A stretch of 64,000 nt of DNA from the human T2T-CHM13v2.0 reference genome, Homo sapiens. The position numbers and the translations under genes are program-made. This document shows positions 38,901 through 51,499 of this stretch, piece by piece. The notes below the pieces were generated by a model, which did not search any database, was not told the origin of the DNA, and was given only the letters and a program-made list of their open reading frames with translations. Numbering within the stretch: position 1 is the stretch's first letter; each line of letters opens with the position of its first letter. The stretch lies in the NCBI RefSeq assembly GCF_009914755.1, contig NC_060947.1; one strand, 5' to 3'.

Positions 38901-41900
38901 TCTCTGTCCTCTGGGGGATTTATTGCCACTTTGCAGTGCCTTCGGTGGGAGAGACATGCACCCCGGGTGGGAGCCAGGGACTCCACGACCCTGCCCAGGG
39001 GCAGCAGGTGCTGCCGGGAAATCCCTTACTTCAGGCGGGGCACCCCAGTCTCCTCAACCTCTCCTTGAAAGCTTGGCCACCTGTCTCTGTCTTCTGGGGG
39101 ACTTCTTGCTGCTTTGGGGTGCCTTCGGTAAGAAAGACACTCTCCCTAGGTGGGAACCAGGGACTCCATGACCCTCACGCTTTGGGCACGGGGTCTGCCG
39201 GGAGATCTTGCCACTTTGGGGCGCCTTTGGTTGGAGAGACAAACACCCTGGGTGAAAGCCAGGCACTCCACGACCCTCCCGGGTCAGTTGTTAGGGCTGC
39301 CGGGAAGGCTCTGACCTCCGGCAGGGCACCCCAGCCTCTTCTTTGGCCTTGATGCTTTTGTCCCTGCCCTGCCTCAACCTCCCTCTGAAAGCCTGGCCTC
39401 CTGTCTTTGTACCCCGGGGGACATCTTTCTGCTTTGGGGTGCCTTTGCTGGAACAGACACGCACCCCTGGAGGAAGCCAGAGACTGCACAACCCCACCGG
39501 ATCGGGCATGGGGTCTGCCAAAGAAACCCTTTCCTCCGGCGGGACACCCTGGCCTCCTCAACCTCCCCCTGAAAGTCTGGCTTCCTGTCTCCATCCCCCG
39601 GGGGCTTTTTGCCACTTTGGGTGCCTTAGGTGGGAAAGACACGCACCCCAGTTGGGTGCAAGGGAATCCATGACCTCCCAGGTTCGGGCACGGGGGGTCA
39701 AGGCCTTGACCTCCACTGGGGCACCCCAGTCCCCTCTTTGGCCTCACAGCTTTTTTCCAGGCCTGCCTCAACCTCCCTTTGAAAGCCTGGGCGCCTGTCT
39801 CCGTCCCCAGGGAGAGTTCTTGCTGCTTTGAGGTGCCTTCGATGAAAGAGACACCCACGCCAGGTGGGAGCCAGGGATGCCACCAAAGCCCGGGTCAGGT
39901 GCGGAAGCTGCCAGGCAGGCCCTGACCTCAGCCGGGGCATCCCAGCCTCTTCAACCTTTCCCTGAAAGCCTGGCCGCCTATCTCTGCCCCCCGGGAAACT
40001 TTTTGCCGCTTTGGTGTGCCTTCGGTGGGAGAGACACACACCCTGGGTGCAAGCCAAAGACTCCACAACCCCCCAGGTTCGGGCACTGTGGTTGCCGGGA
40101 AGGCCCTGACCTCAGGCGGGGCACTCCAGCCTTCTCTACCTCCCCATGAAGGCCTGGCCACCTATCTCCGTCCCCCGGGGGACTTCTTGCCACTTTGGGG
40201 TGCCTTCAGTAAGACAGACACACACCCCAAGTGAAAGCCAGGGAACCCAAGACACCTCCAGTAGGGCATGGGGGCTGCTGGAAATGCCTTGACTTCTGGC
40301 GAGGCACCTCGGCCTCCTCTCTAGCCTTTCCCATTTTGTCCCAGGCCTGCCTCAACCTCCCCCTGAAAGCCTGTTCACCTGTCTCTGTCCCCCAGAAAAC
40401 TTCTTGCTGCTTTGGGGTGCCTTCAGTGGGAGAGACACACACCCAGGGAGGGAGCCAGGGACTCCACAACTCCCCCTGGGTCAAGCGCTAGGACTGCTGG
40501 GTAAACCCTGACTTCAGACATGGCACCCTAGCATCCTCAACCTGCCCCTGAAAGCCTGGCCACCTGTCTCCGTCTTCCAGCGGACTTCCTGCCACTTTGG
40601 CATGACTTCAGTGGGATAGACACGCATTCCGGGTGGAAGCCAGGGACTCCATGATCCCTGGGTTGGGCGCCAGGGTTGCCAAAAGTTCCTTGACCTTTGA
40701 TGGGGCACCCCAGCCTCCTCAACCTTTCCTTCTAAGCCTGGCTGCCTGTCTCCATCCTCAGCGGATTATTGCTGCTTTAAGGTGCCTTGTGTGGGAGAGA
40801 CACTCACACTGGTTGGGAGCCCTGGACTTCACCATCCCCCTGGGTTGGGCACAATGGCAGCTGAAAAGGTCCTGACCTCTGGTGGGGCATCCCGGCCTCC
40901 TCAACCACTCCCTGAAAACCTGGCCGCTGGTCTTTGTCCCCCGAGGGACTTCTTGCCGTTTTGGAGTGCCTTTGGTGGGAGAGACACGCACCCAGGGTGG
41001 GAGCCAGGGACTCGATGACCCCCCAGTTCAGGCACGGGGTCTGCCTGGAAAGCCGTGACATACAGCAGGGCATGCAGGCCTCCACTTTGGGCTCACCCCT
41101 TTTGTCCCAGGCCTGCCTCAACCTCCCCCTAAAAGCCTGGCAGCCCGTTTCTGTCTACCAGGGGACTTCTTGTTGCTTTGGGGTGCCTTCGGTGGAAGAG
41201 ACACATACCATGGGTGGGAGCCACGGACTCCACGACCCCCCTGGGTTGGGTGCGGGGGCTCCCGGGAAGGCCTTGACCTCTCACAAGACATGCTGGCCTC
41301 CTCAATCTCCCCCTGAAAGCCTGGCCACCTGTCTCTGCCTTCCGGGGGACTTCTTGCCACATTGTGGTGCCTTTGGTGGAAGACGCGCACCCAGAGTTGG
41401 AGCCAGGGTTTCCACGACCCCACTGGTTCAGGCAAGGGGTCAGGCACCCATGGGTCAGGCACAAGGGCTGCCGGGAAAGCCCTGACTCCTGGCAGGGCAC
41501 TCCGGCCTCCTCAACCTTCCCCTGAAAGCCTGGACGCCTGTCTCCATCCCCCGGGAAACTTCTTGCCGCTTTGGTGTGCCTTCGGTGGGAGAGACACACA
41601 TCGCTGGTGGGAGGCAGGGGTTCCACAACCCACACAGGCTGGGCATGGTGTCTGCCGGGAAGGCCCTGACCTCCAGCAGGGCACACTGGCCTCTTCTTTG
41701 GCCTCACCACTTTTGTCCCAGGCCTGTCTCAACCTTTGCCTGAAAGCCTGGCTGCCGGTCTCCTTCCCCGGGGGGACTTCTTGCACTTTGGGGTGCCTTT
41801 GGTGGGAGAGAAATGCACCCCGAACGTGAGCCACGGACTCCATGACCCCCACGGGTTGAGTGAGGGAGCTGCCGGGAAGGCCCTGACCTCTAGTGGGGTA

Positions 41901-44900
41901 CGCCGGCCTCCTCAACCTTTCCCTGAAAGCCTGGACGCCTGTCATTGTCCCCCGGGGGACTTCTTGCTGCTTTGGGGTGCCTTTGGTGAAAGACACACAC
42001 CCCGAGTGGGAGGCAGAAACACCATGACCCCCCTGGGTCAGGCACAGGGACTGCAGAGAAGGCCCTGACCATTGGCGGGGCAAACCTGCCTCCTCAACTT
42101 CCTGCTGAAATCCTGGATGCCTGTCTCCATCCCTTGGGGCACTTCTTGCTTCTCTAAGGTGTCTTCGGTGGAAGAAACACACACACCGGGTGGGAGCCAG
42201 GGACTACACGACCCCACCGGGTCAGGTGCTTGGGCTGCCAGGAAGGCACTGACCTCTGGAAAAGCACTACAGCCTCTGGCCTCGCTGCTTTTGTCCCAGG
42301 CCTGCCTCAACCTCCCACTGAAAGCCTGGCCACCTGTCTTCATCACCCGGGGACCTCTTGCCGTTTTGGGGTGCCTTCGGTGGTGGAGAAATGCACTCCA
42401 GGTGGGATCCAGGGACTCCATGACCCCACTGGGTCAGGTGCAGGTGCTGCTGGGAAGGCCCAGACCTCCGGCCCTGCACCCCGGCCTCTTTTTGGCCTTG
42501 TCGCTTTGTCACAGGCCTGTCTCAACCTCTCCTTGAGAGCGTGGCCGACTGTCTCCATCCCCTGGGGTCTTCTTGCTACTTTGGGGTGCATTCAGTGGGA
42601 GACACGCTCCCTGGCTGGGAGCCAGGGACTCCACAACCCACCATGGTTGGGCGCGGGGGCTGCAGAGAAGGCTCTGACCTCTGGTGGGGCAAACTGGCCT
42701 CCTCAACTTCCTTTGAAAACCTGGCCACCTGTCTCCATCCCCAGGGGAGTTTCTTGCTGCTTTGGGGCGCACGTGCATTCGGTGGGAGAGACACACACCT
42801 CGGGTGAGAGGCAGGGACCCCAAGACCCACCTGGGTCAGGCGCAGGGGCTGCCGGGAAGGCACTGACTTCCAGTGGGGTACCCTGGCCTCCTTTTTGGCC
42901 TCCTGGCTTTTGTCCCAGTCCAGTCTCAACCTCCTCCTGAAAGCCTGGCCACCAGTCTCCGTCCCCCGGGGGACTTCTTGCCACTTTGGGGTGCCTTCAG
43001 TGGGAGAGACACACACCCTGGGTATGAGCCAGGGACTCTACGACCCCCCTGGATTGGGCGCATGGACTGCCAGGAAGGCCCTGACCTCTGGCAGGGCACT
43101 CCTGCCTCCTCACCTATCCCCAAAAGCCAGGTCGCCTGTCTCTGTTTCCCAGGAAACTTCTTGCCACTTTGGGGTGCCTTTGGTGGGAGAGACACGCACC
43201 CCGGGAGGGAGACAGGGAATCCACGACACCCCCGGTTCAGGCGTGAGAGCTGCCGGGAAGGCCCTGACTCAGACATGGCACCCCAGCTTCCTCAACCTCC
43301 CCCTGAAAGACTGGCCACCTGTCTCTGTCCCCCGGGGGAATTCTTATCACTTTGGGGTGACTTTGTTGTGAGAGAAACGCACCCCGGTTGGGATCCAGGG
43401 ACTCCATGATCCACTCAGGTTGGGTGCAGTTGCCGACAGGAAGGCCCTGACCTCTGGTGGGGCACCCTGGCATCCTCTTTGACTTTGTCCCAGGCCTGCC
43501 TCAACCTCCCTCTGAAAGCCTGGGCTCCTGTCTCTGTCCCTTGGGGGACTTCTTGCCGCATTGCGGTGCCTTCTGTGGTAAAGACATGCACCCCAGGTCG
43601 GGCACAAATGCTGCCCAAAAGGCCCTGATCTCAGGTGGGATATCCTGGCCTCCTCAACCTCACCCTGAAAGCCTGGCCACCTGTCTCTGTCCCCAGGGGG
43701 ATTTCTTGTAGCTTTGGTGTGCCTTTGGTGGGAGAGACACACAGCCCAGGTGTGAGCCAGGGACTCCACGACTCCTCCGGTTCGGGCACGGGGGCTACCG
43801 GAAAGGCCGTGACCTCTGGCGGGGCACCCCGGCCTCCTCAACCTCCCCCTGAAACCCTGGTCTCCTGTCTCTGACCACCAGGTCAGGCGAGGAAGCTGCT
43901 GGGAAGGCCCTGAACTCTGGCAGCCACCCGGGTCTCCTAAAACTCCCTGTGAAAGCCTGGCCGCCTGTCTCTGTTTCCCGGGGGACTTCTTGCTGCTTTT
44001 GGGTGCCTTCAGTGTGAGGGAAACGCACCCTGGATGAAAGCCAGGGAAACCACGAAACCCCGAGTCAGCCAGGGGCACTGCCTGGAAGGCCTTGACCTGT
44101 GTCAGGGCACCCCGGGCTCCTCTGTGGCCTCGCCACTTTTGTCCCAGGCCTGCCTCAAGCTGCTTTTGTAAGCCTGACCACCTGTCTCTTCCCCCACGGG
44201 ACTTCTTGCCACTTTGGGTTGCCTTCAGTGGAATAGATATGCACAAAGGATGGAAGCAATGCACTCCATGATCCGTCTGGGTCTGGCGCAGCAGCTGCTG
44301 CAAAGGCGCTGACCTCCGGCAAGGCACCCTGGCCTCCTCAACCTCCCCCTGAATGACTGACCCCCTGTCTCTGTCCCCTAGGCGATTTCTTACCGATTTG
44401 GGGTGTGCTCAGTGGTGGTGACTCACAACCCCAGTGGAAGACAGGGGCCTCACGACTCCCCTGGGTGGGGTGCGGGGGCTGCCAAGGAGGCCGTGACCCC
44501 TGATGGGGCACGCCGGCCTCCTCAACCTCCCCCTAAAAACCAGGTCGCCTGTCTCCATTTCCCTGGGGGCTTCTTGCTGCTTTGGGGTGCGATCGGTGGG
44601 AGAGACACGCATCCCGGGTGGGAACCAGGTACTACACGACCCCCTTGGGCTGGGTGCAGCAGCTGCCAGGAAGGCCCTGACCTCCAGCGGGGCACACCGA
44701 CCTCCTCTTTGGCCTTGCCGCTTTTGTCCCAGGCTTGCTTCAACCTCCCCCTGAAAGCCTGGCTGCCTGTCCCATCCCCCAAGAAACTTCTTGCCGCTTT
44801 GGGGTGCCTTCAGTGGGAGAGTCACACACCTTGGGAGGAAGCCAGGGATTCCACGACCCATGTGGGATGGGCACAAAGGCTGCCAGGAAGGCGCAGACCT

Positions 44901-47900
44901 CAGGCGGGTAACCCAGGCCCCCTCAACCACTCCCTGAAATCTTGGCTGCCTGTCTCTGTCCCCCGGGGGACTTCTTGCCACTTTGGGGTGCCTTTTGTGG
45001 GAGAGACACAACCAGGGTGGAAGCCAGGGACTCCACAACCCCCATTGGTCATGTGAGGGGGATGCCTGGAAGGCCCTGACCTCCAGTGGGGCACCTGGGC
45101 CTCCTCAACCTCCCCCTGAAAGCCTGGATGTCTGTCTCCATCCCTTGGTGAACTTCTTTCCACTTTGGGGTGCCTTCAGTGAAAGAGACACACACCCTGG
45201 GTGGGAGGCGCGGACTCCACGACCCAAAAAGTCGGGTTCCGTGGCTTCCGGGAAGGCCCTGGTTTTCAGCAGGGCACTCTGGCCTCCTCTTTGGTCTCAC
45301 CGCTTTTGTCCCATGGCTGCCTCAACTTTCCCCTGAGAGCGTGGCAGCCTGTCTCCATCCACCAGGGGACTTTTCTTGAAACTTTGGGGTGCCTTTATTG
45401 GGAGAGACATGCACCCTAGTTAGGGCACTGGGGCTGCCAGGAAAGACCTGATTTCAGGGAGGTCACCCCACCTCCTCAACCTCCCCCTGAAAGCCTGGCC
45501 ACCTGTCTCTGTCCATGGGGGTTTCTTGCCCCTTTGGGGTGCCTTCGGTGGGAGAGACACGCACCCAGCTTGGGAGACAGGTACTCCACGAACACCCCTG
45601 GTAGGGCACAGGGGCTGCCGGGAAGGCACTGACCTCCGGCGGGGCACCCCAGCCTCCTCTTTGACCTTGCTGCTGTTTCCCCAGGCCTGCCTCAACCACA
45701 CCCTGAAAGCTTGGCTGCCTGTCTCTGTCCCCCAATGGACTTGCCGCTTTGGGTTGCCTTCAGTGGGGGAGACACACACTTCTGGTGGGAGCCAGGGACT
45801 CCATGCCCCCAGTGGGTTGGGGGCAGTGTCTACTGGAAATGCCCTGTCATTCAGCAGGGCACCCCATCCTCCTCAACCTCCTCTAGAAAGCCCGGCCGCC
45901 TGTCTTTGTTCCCCAGGGGACTTCTTGCTGCTTTGAGGTTCCTTCAGTGGAAAATAAAAGCACCCCAGGTGAGCGCCAGGGACTCCACAACCCACCCAGG
46001 TAGAGTGTGGGGTCTGCCGGGAAGGTTCTGACCGCTGGCGAAGCACCCTGGCCTCCTCAAACTCCCCCTGAAAGCCTGGCCACTTGTCTCCATCAACCGG
46101 GGGACTTCTTGCCGCTTTGGGGTGCTGTCGGTGGAAGAGTCATGCATCCCTGGTGGGGGTCAAGGACCCCACGACCACCCGGGTCGGGGGGCAGGGCCTG
46201 CCAGGAAGTCCCTGACCTCTGGCGGGGCACCCCGGCCTCCTCAACCTCCCCCTGAAAACCTGGCCACCTGTCTCTGTCTCCAGGGGGACTTTTGCCTGTT
46301 CGGGGTGCCTTTGGTGGGTGAGATTCACAACCTGGGTGGAAGCCAGGAACTCCATGACCCCCTGGGTTCCCGCACGGTAGCTTCCGGGAGGGCCCTGACC
46401 TCTGCCAGAGCACCCCAGTCTCCTCAACCTGCCCCTGATAGCCTGGCCTCCTGTCTCCATTCCCCGGGGGAATTCTTGCTGCTTTTGGGTGCCTTCAGTG
46501 GGAGAGACACACACTCCAGTTGGGAGCCAGACACTCCACGGCCCTGAGGGTAGGACGTGTGGGCTGCCAGGAAGTCCCTGACCTCTGGCAGGGCACCCTT
46601 GCCTTTTCAACCTCCCCCTGAAAGCCTACCCGCCTGTCTCAGTCCCCCATGGAACTTCTTGTCGCTTTGGGGTATCTTCAGTGAGAGAGAAACACACCCG
46701 GGGTGGTAGCCAGGGACTCCACGACCCCACAGATTGGGCTCAGGGTCTGCCTGGAAGGCCTTGACTTCTGGTGTGGCACCCAGGCCTCCTCTTTGCCCTT
46801 GCGGTTTTTGTTCCAAGCCTGCTTCAACCTCCTTCTGAAAGGCTGGGGGACTTCTTGCCTCTTTGGGGTGCGTTCCATGGGAGAGTCACACATCCTACGT
46901 TGGGCACAGGGGTTGCCGGGAAGTCCCTGACCTTTGGCAGGGCACCTTGGCCTCCTCAACCTTCCCCTGGAAGCCTGGCCACATGTCTCCGTCTCCTGGG
47001 GGACTCCTTGCCACTTTGGGGTGCCTTTGGTGGGAGAGACACGCATTCCGGGTGGGAGCTATGGACTCCACGACCACCCGAGGGTCAGGTGCCGTGGCAG
47101 CCGGGAAGGCCGTGACCTCTGTTGGGGCACCCTGGCCTCCTCTTTGGCCTTGCCGCTTTTGTCCCAGGCCTGTCTAAACCTCCCCCTGAAAGCCTGTCTG
47201 CCTGTCTCTATCCCCCAGAAGTCTTCTTGCCATTTTGCCGTGGTTTCAATGGGATAGACATGCATCCAGGGTGGGAGTCAGGGACTCCCCGACCCCCCAG
47301 GGGTGGGCACAGGGCTAGCCAGGGAGACCTTAACCTCTGGTGGGGCACCCCGGCCTCCTCTTTGGCCTCGCCGCTTTTGTCCCAGGCCTGCCTCAACCTC
47401 CTCCTGAAAGCCTGGCCATCTGTCTCTATCTCTTGGGGGACTGCTTGCCACTCTGGGTTGCCTTCGGTGGGAGAGACATGCACCCTGGGTGGGAACCAGT
47501 GACTCCACGATGCCCCCGGGTCAGGAGCAGGAACTGCCGAGGAGGCCCTGACTTCCAGCGTGGCACCCAGGCCTTCTCTTTGGCCTCACTGCTTTGGTCT
47601 CTGGCCTGCCTTGACCTCTCCCTGAAAGCCTGGACATCGGTCTCTGTCTCCCGGGGGAATTCTTTCCACATTGGGGTGCCTTTAGTGGGAGAGACACGCA
47701 CCCGTGGTGGAAGCCAGGGACTCCAGGACTACGGCAGAGCACCCCGGCCTTGTCTTTTTCCTCACTGCTTTTGTCCCAGGCATGCCTCAAACTGCCCTTA
47801 AAAGTCTGGCTGCCTGTCTCCATCTCCCGGGGCACTTCTTGCCAATTTGGGGTGCCTTCATTGAAAGAGACACGCACCTGTGGTGGGAGCCAGGGACACT

Positions 47901-50900
47901 ATGAACCCCGCCCCGTGTCAGGCACAGGGGCTGCCAGGAAGGCCCTGACCTCCGGCAGGTCACCCGGGCCTCCTCTTTCGCCTCTCTGCTTTTGTCCGAG
48001 GCCTGCCTCAACCTCTCTCAGAAAGCCTCGCCACTGCCTGTCTTTGTCCCCCAGGGGCCTTCTTGCAGCTTTGGGGTGTCTTCGGTGGGAGAGACACCCA
48101 CCCTGGGTGGGAGCCAGGGACTCCATGAAGCCCCCGGTTCTGGCATGGGGGTTGTTGGGAGGGCTCTGACCTCCTGCAGGGCACCCTGACCTCCTCTTTG
48201 GCCTCTCTGCTTTTGTCCCAGGCCTGCCTCAACCTCCCCATGAAAGCCTGGCCGCCTGTCTCTGTCCTCTAAGGGACTTCTTGCCACTTTCAGGTGCCTT
48301 CTGCGGGAGAGACATGCACTCTACATGAGAGCCAGGGACACCACAACCCCCCAAAATTGAGCATGAGGGCTGCTGGGAAGCCACTGACCTCTGGAGGGGC
48401 ACCCCGGCATCCTCTTTTGCCTCACTGCGTTTGTGCCGGGCCTGCCTCAACTGCCGCTTGAAAGCCTGGCCACCTTTTTCTTTGTCCCATAGGGGATTTC
48501 TTGCCACTTTCGGGTGCCTTTGGTGGGAGAGACACGCACCATGGCTGGGAGCCAGGGACTCCACAACCCCCTCTGCTTTGGATGCGGGGGTTGCCGGGAA
48601 GGTTTTGACCTCCAGCAAAGCACCCCGGCCTCCTCTTTTGCCTCACCGCTTTTGTCTCAGACCTGTCTCAACCTCTGCCTAAAACCCTGGCTGCCTGTTT
48701 CCGACCCCTGGAGTACTTCTTGCAGCTCGGGGGGACTTTGCTTGGAGAGGCCCACACCCCGGGTGGGAGCCAGAATCTCCACGACCACCCCAGATCAGGT
48801 GCGGGTTCTACTGGGAAGGCCCTGACCTCCGGCGTGGCTCCTGGGCCTCCTTTTTGGCCTGGCTGCTTTCGTTCCAGGCCTGCCTCAACCTCTGCCTGAA
48901 AGCCTGGCCGCCTGTCTCTGTTTCCCTGGGGACTTCTTGCTGCTTTATGGTGCCTTCAGTGGGAGAAACACGCACACTGAGTGGAAACCAGGGGCTCCCC
49001 GACTCCCTGGGTGGGGCGCAGTGGCTGCCAGGAAGGCCCTGACATCCAGCAGGTCACCCGAGCCTCCTCTTTGGCCTCATTGCTTTTGTCCCAGGCCTGC
49101 CTCAACCTCTGCCTGAAAGCCTGGCTGCCTGTCTTCATCTCCAGTGGGACTTCTTGCCGCTTTGGGGTGCCTACAGTGGGAGAGACACATACCCCGGGTT
49201 GGGGCCAGGGACTGCATGACCCGTCCGCGGGTCAGGCTCAGTGGCTGATGGGAAGGCCCTGGCCTCCAGCTAGGCACCCTGGCCTCCTCTTTGGATTTGC
49301 CACTTTTGTCCCAGGCCTGCTTCAACCTCCCCCCTGAAAGCCTGGCCACTTGCCTCCATCCCCCAGAGGACTTCTTGCCAGTTTGGGGTGCCGTCGGTGG
49401 TTGAGACACACACCTCGTGTAATAGACAGGGACTCAACGACACCACCGAGTCGGGAGCAAATGCTTCCAAAAAGGCCCTGATTGCTGGCAGTGCACCTCG
49501 GCCTCCTATTTGGCCTCGCTGCTTTTGTCCCAGGCCTGCCTCAACCTTTGCGTCAAAGCCTGGCTGCCTGTCTCTGTACCCCAGGGGACTTTCTGCAGCT
49601 TTGGGATAGCTTCAGTTGGAGAAACATGCATTCTGGGTGGGAGCTACAGACTCCACGACCACCCAAGGGTCGGGCATGGTGGCAGCCAGGAAGGCCGTGA
49701 CCTCCGTTGGGGCACCCTGGCCTCCTCTTTGGCTTTGCTGCTTTTATCCCAGGCCTGTCTAAACCTCCCCGTGAAAGCCTGTCCGCCTGTCTCCATCTGC
49801 CAGAAGTCTTCTTGCCATTTCAGGGTGCCTTTGGTGAGTTAGACACACACCCTGGATGGGAGCCAGGGACTCCCCGACCAACTCTGGGATGGGTGCAGGG
49901 CCTGCCGGGAAGGCCCTGACCTCTGGCAGGACACCATGGCCTCCTCTTTAGCCTTGCTGCTTTCGTCCCAGGCCTGCCTCAACCTCCCTTTGAAAGCCTG
50001 GCCACCTGTCTCCGTCTCCCGGGGGACTTCTTGCAGATTGGCAGGACTTCGTTTGGAGAGACGCGCACCCTGGGTGGGAGTCAGAATCTCTACGACCACC
50101 CCAGATCGGGTGTGGGGGCTGCCAGGAAGACCTTGACCTTAGTTGGGGCACCCCAGCCTCCTCTTTGGCCTCACCGCTTTTGTCCCAGCCCTCCCTCAAC
50201 CTCCTCCTGAAAGCCTGGCCGCCTGTCTCTGTCCCTTGGGGGACTGAGTGACACTTTGGGTTGACTTGGGTGGGAGAGACACGCACCCCAAGTGGGCACC
50301 AGGGACTGCACGATACCCCCAGGTCGGGAAAGGGAACTGCCGGGGAGGCCCCGACTACCGGTGTGGCACCCAGGCCTTCTCTTTGGCTTCATTGCTTTGG
50401 TCTCTGGCCTGCCTCAACCTCCCCCTGAAAGCCTGGACACCTGTCTCCATCCCCTGGGGGAATTCTTTCTGCATTGGGGTGCCTTCGGTGGGAGAGACAT
50501 GCACGCGTGGAAGAAGCCAGGACTCCTCCCCTGAGTCTGGCACTGGGGCTGTCGGGAAGGCCCTGACCTATGGCAGGGCACCCAGGCTTTGTCTTTTTCC
50601 TTGCCGCTTTTGTCCCAGGCATGCCTCAAACTCCCCTTGAAAGCCTGGCTGTCTGTCTCCATCCCTAGGGGGACTCCTTGCCGATTTGGGGTGCCTTCAG
50701 TGAAAGACACGCACCACTGTTGGGAGCTGGGGATATTACAACACCCGGCCCCGTGTCAGGTGCGGGGGCTGCCAGGAAGGCCCTGACCTCCAGCGGGTCG
50801 CCTGGGCCTCCTCTTTGGCTTCACTGCTTTTGTCTGAGGCCTGCCTCAACTTCCCCCTGAAAGCCTAGCCACCTGTCTTTGTCCACCGGGAGAATTCTTG

Positions 50901-51492
50901 CAGCTTTGGGGTGTCCTCGGTGGGAGAGACACGTGCCCCTGGTGGGAGCCAGGGACTCCACGACACCCCCGGTTTGGGCGCAGGGGTTGTTAGGAGGGCC
51001 CTGACCTCCTGTGGGGCACCCTGACCTCGTTTGGCCTCGCCGCTTTTGTCCCAGGCCTACTTCATCCTCCCCCTGAAAGCCTGGCCGCCTGTCTCTGTCC
51101 CCTGGGGACTTCTTGCGGCTTTAAGGTGCCTTCTGTGGCAGAGACACGCACCCTGCATGAGGGCCAGGGACGTCAGGACTCCCCCAGATCGGGCTCGGGA
51201 GCTTCCAGGAAGGCACTGACCTCTGGCGAGGCACCCAGGCGTCCTCTTTGGCCTTCCCTATTTTGTCCCAAGCCTGCCTCAACCTCCCCTCTGAAAGCCT
51301 GGCTGCCTTTCTCTGTTCCCTGGGGGACTTCTTGCTGCTTTGTGGTGCCTTCTGTGGGAGAGGCACACACCCCTAGTGGGGTCAGGGACTCCACCACCCA
51401 CCTGGGTCATGCGCAGGGGCTGCCGGGAAAGCGCTGTCTTCTGGTGGGGCATCCTGGTCTCCTCTTTGTCCTCACCACTTTTTTCTCAGGCC
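35989..51492 (+). repeat. Gamma satellite, dimorphic ~184/~218-bp subtype (block E; possibly GSATX)
   Basis: Diagnostic GGGGTGCCTTCGGTGGGAGAGAC and GGAAGGCCCTGACCTC; units occur with or without a 34-bp segment TTTGGCCTCGCCGCTTTTGTCCCAGGCCTGCCTC. Confidence 0.85.
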
Positions 51493-51499
51493 ACGCATG

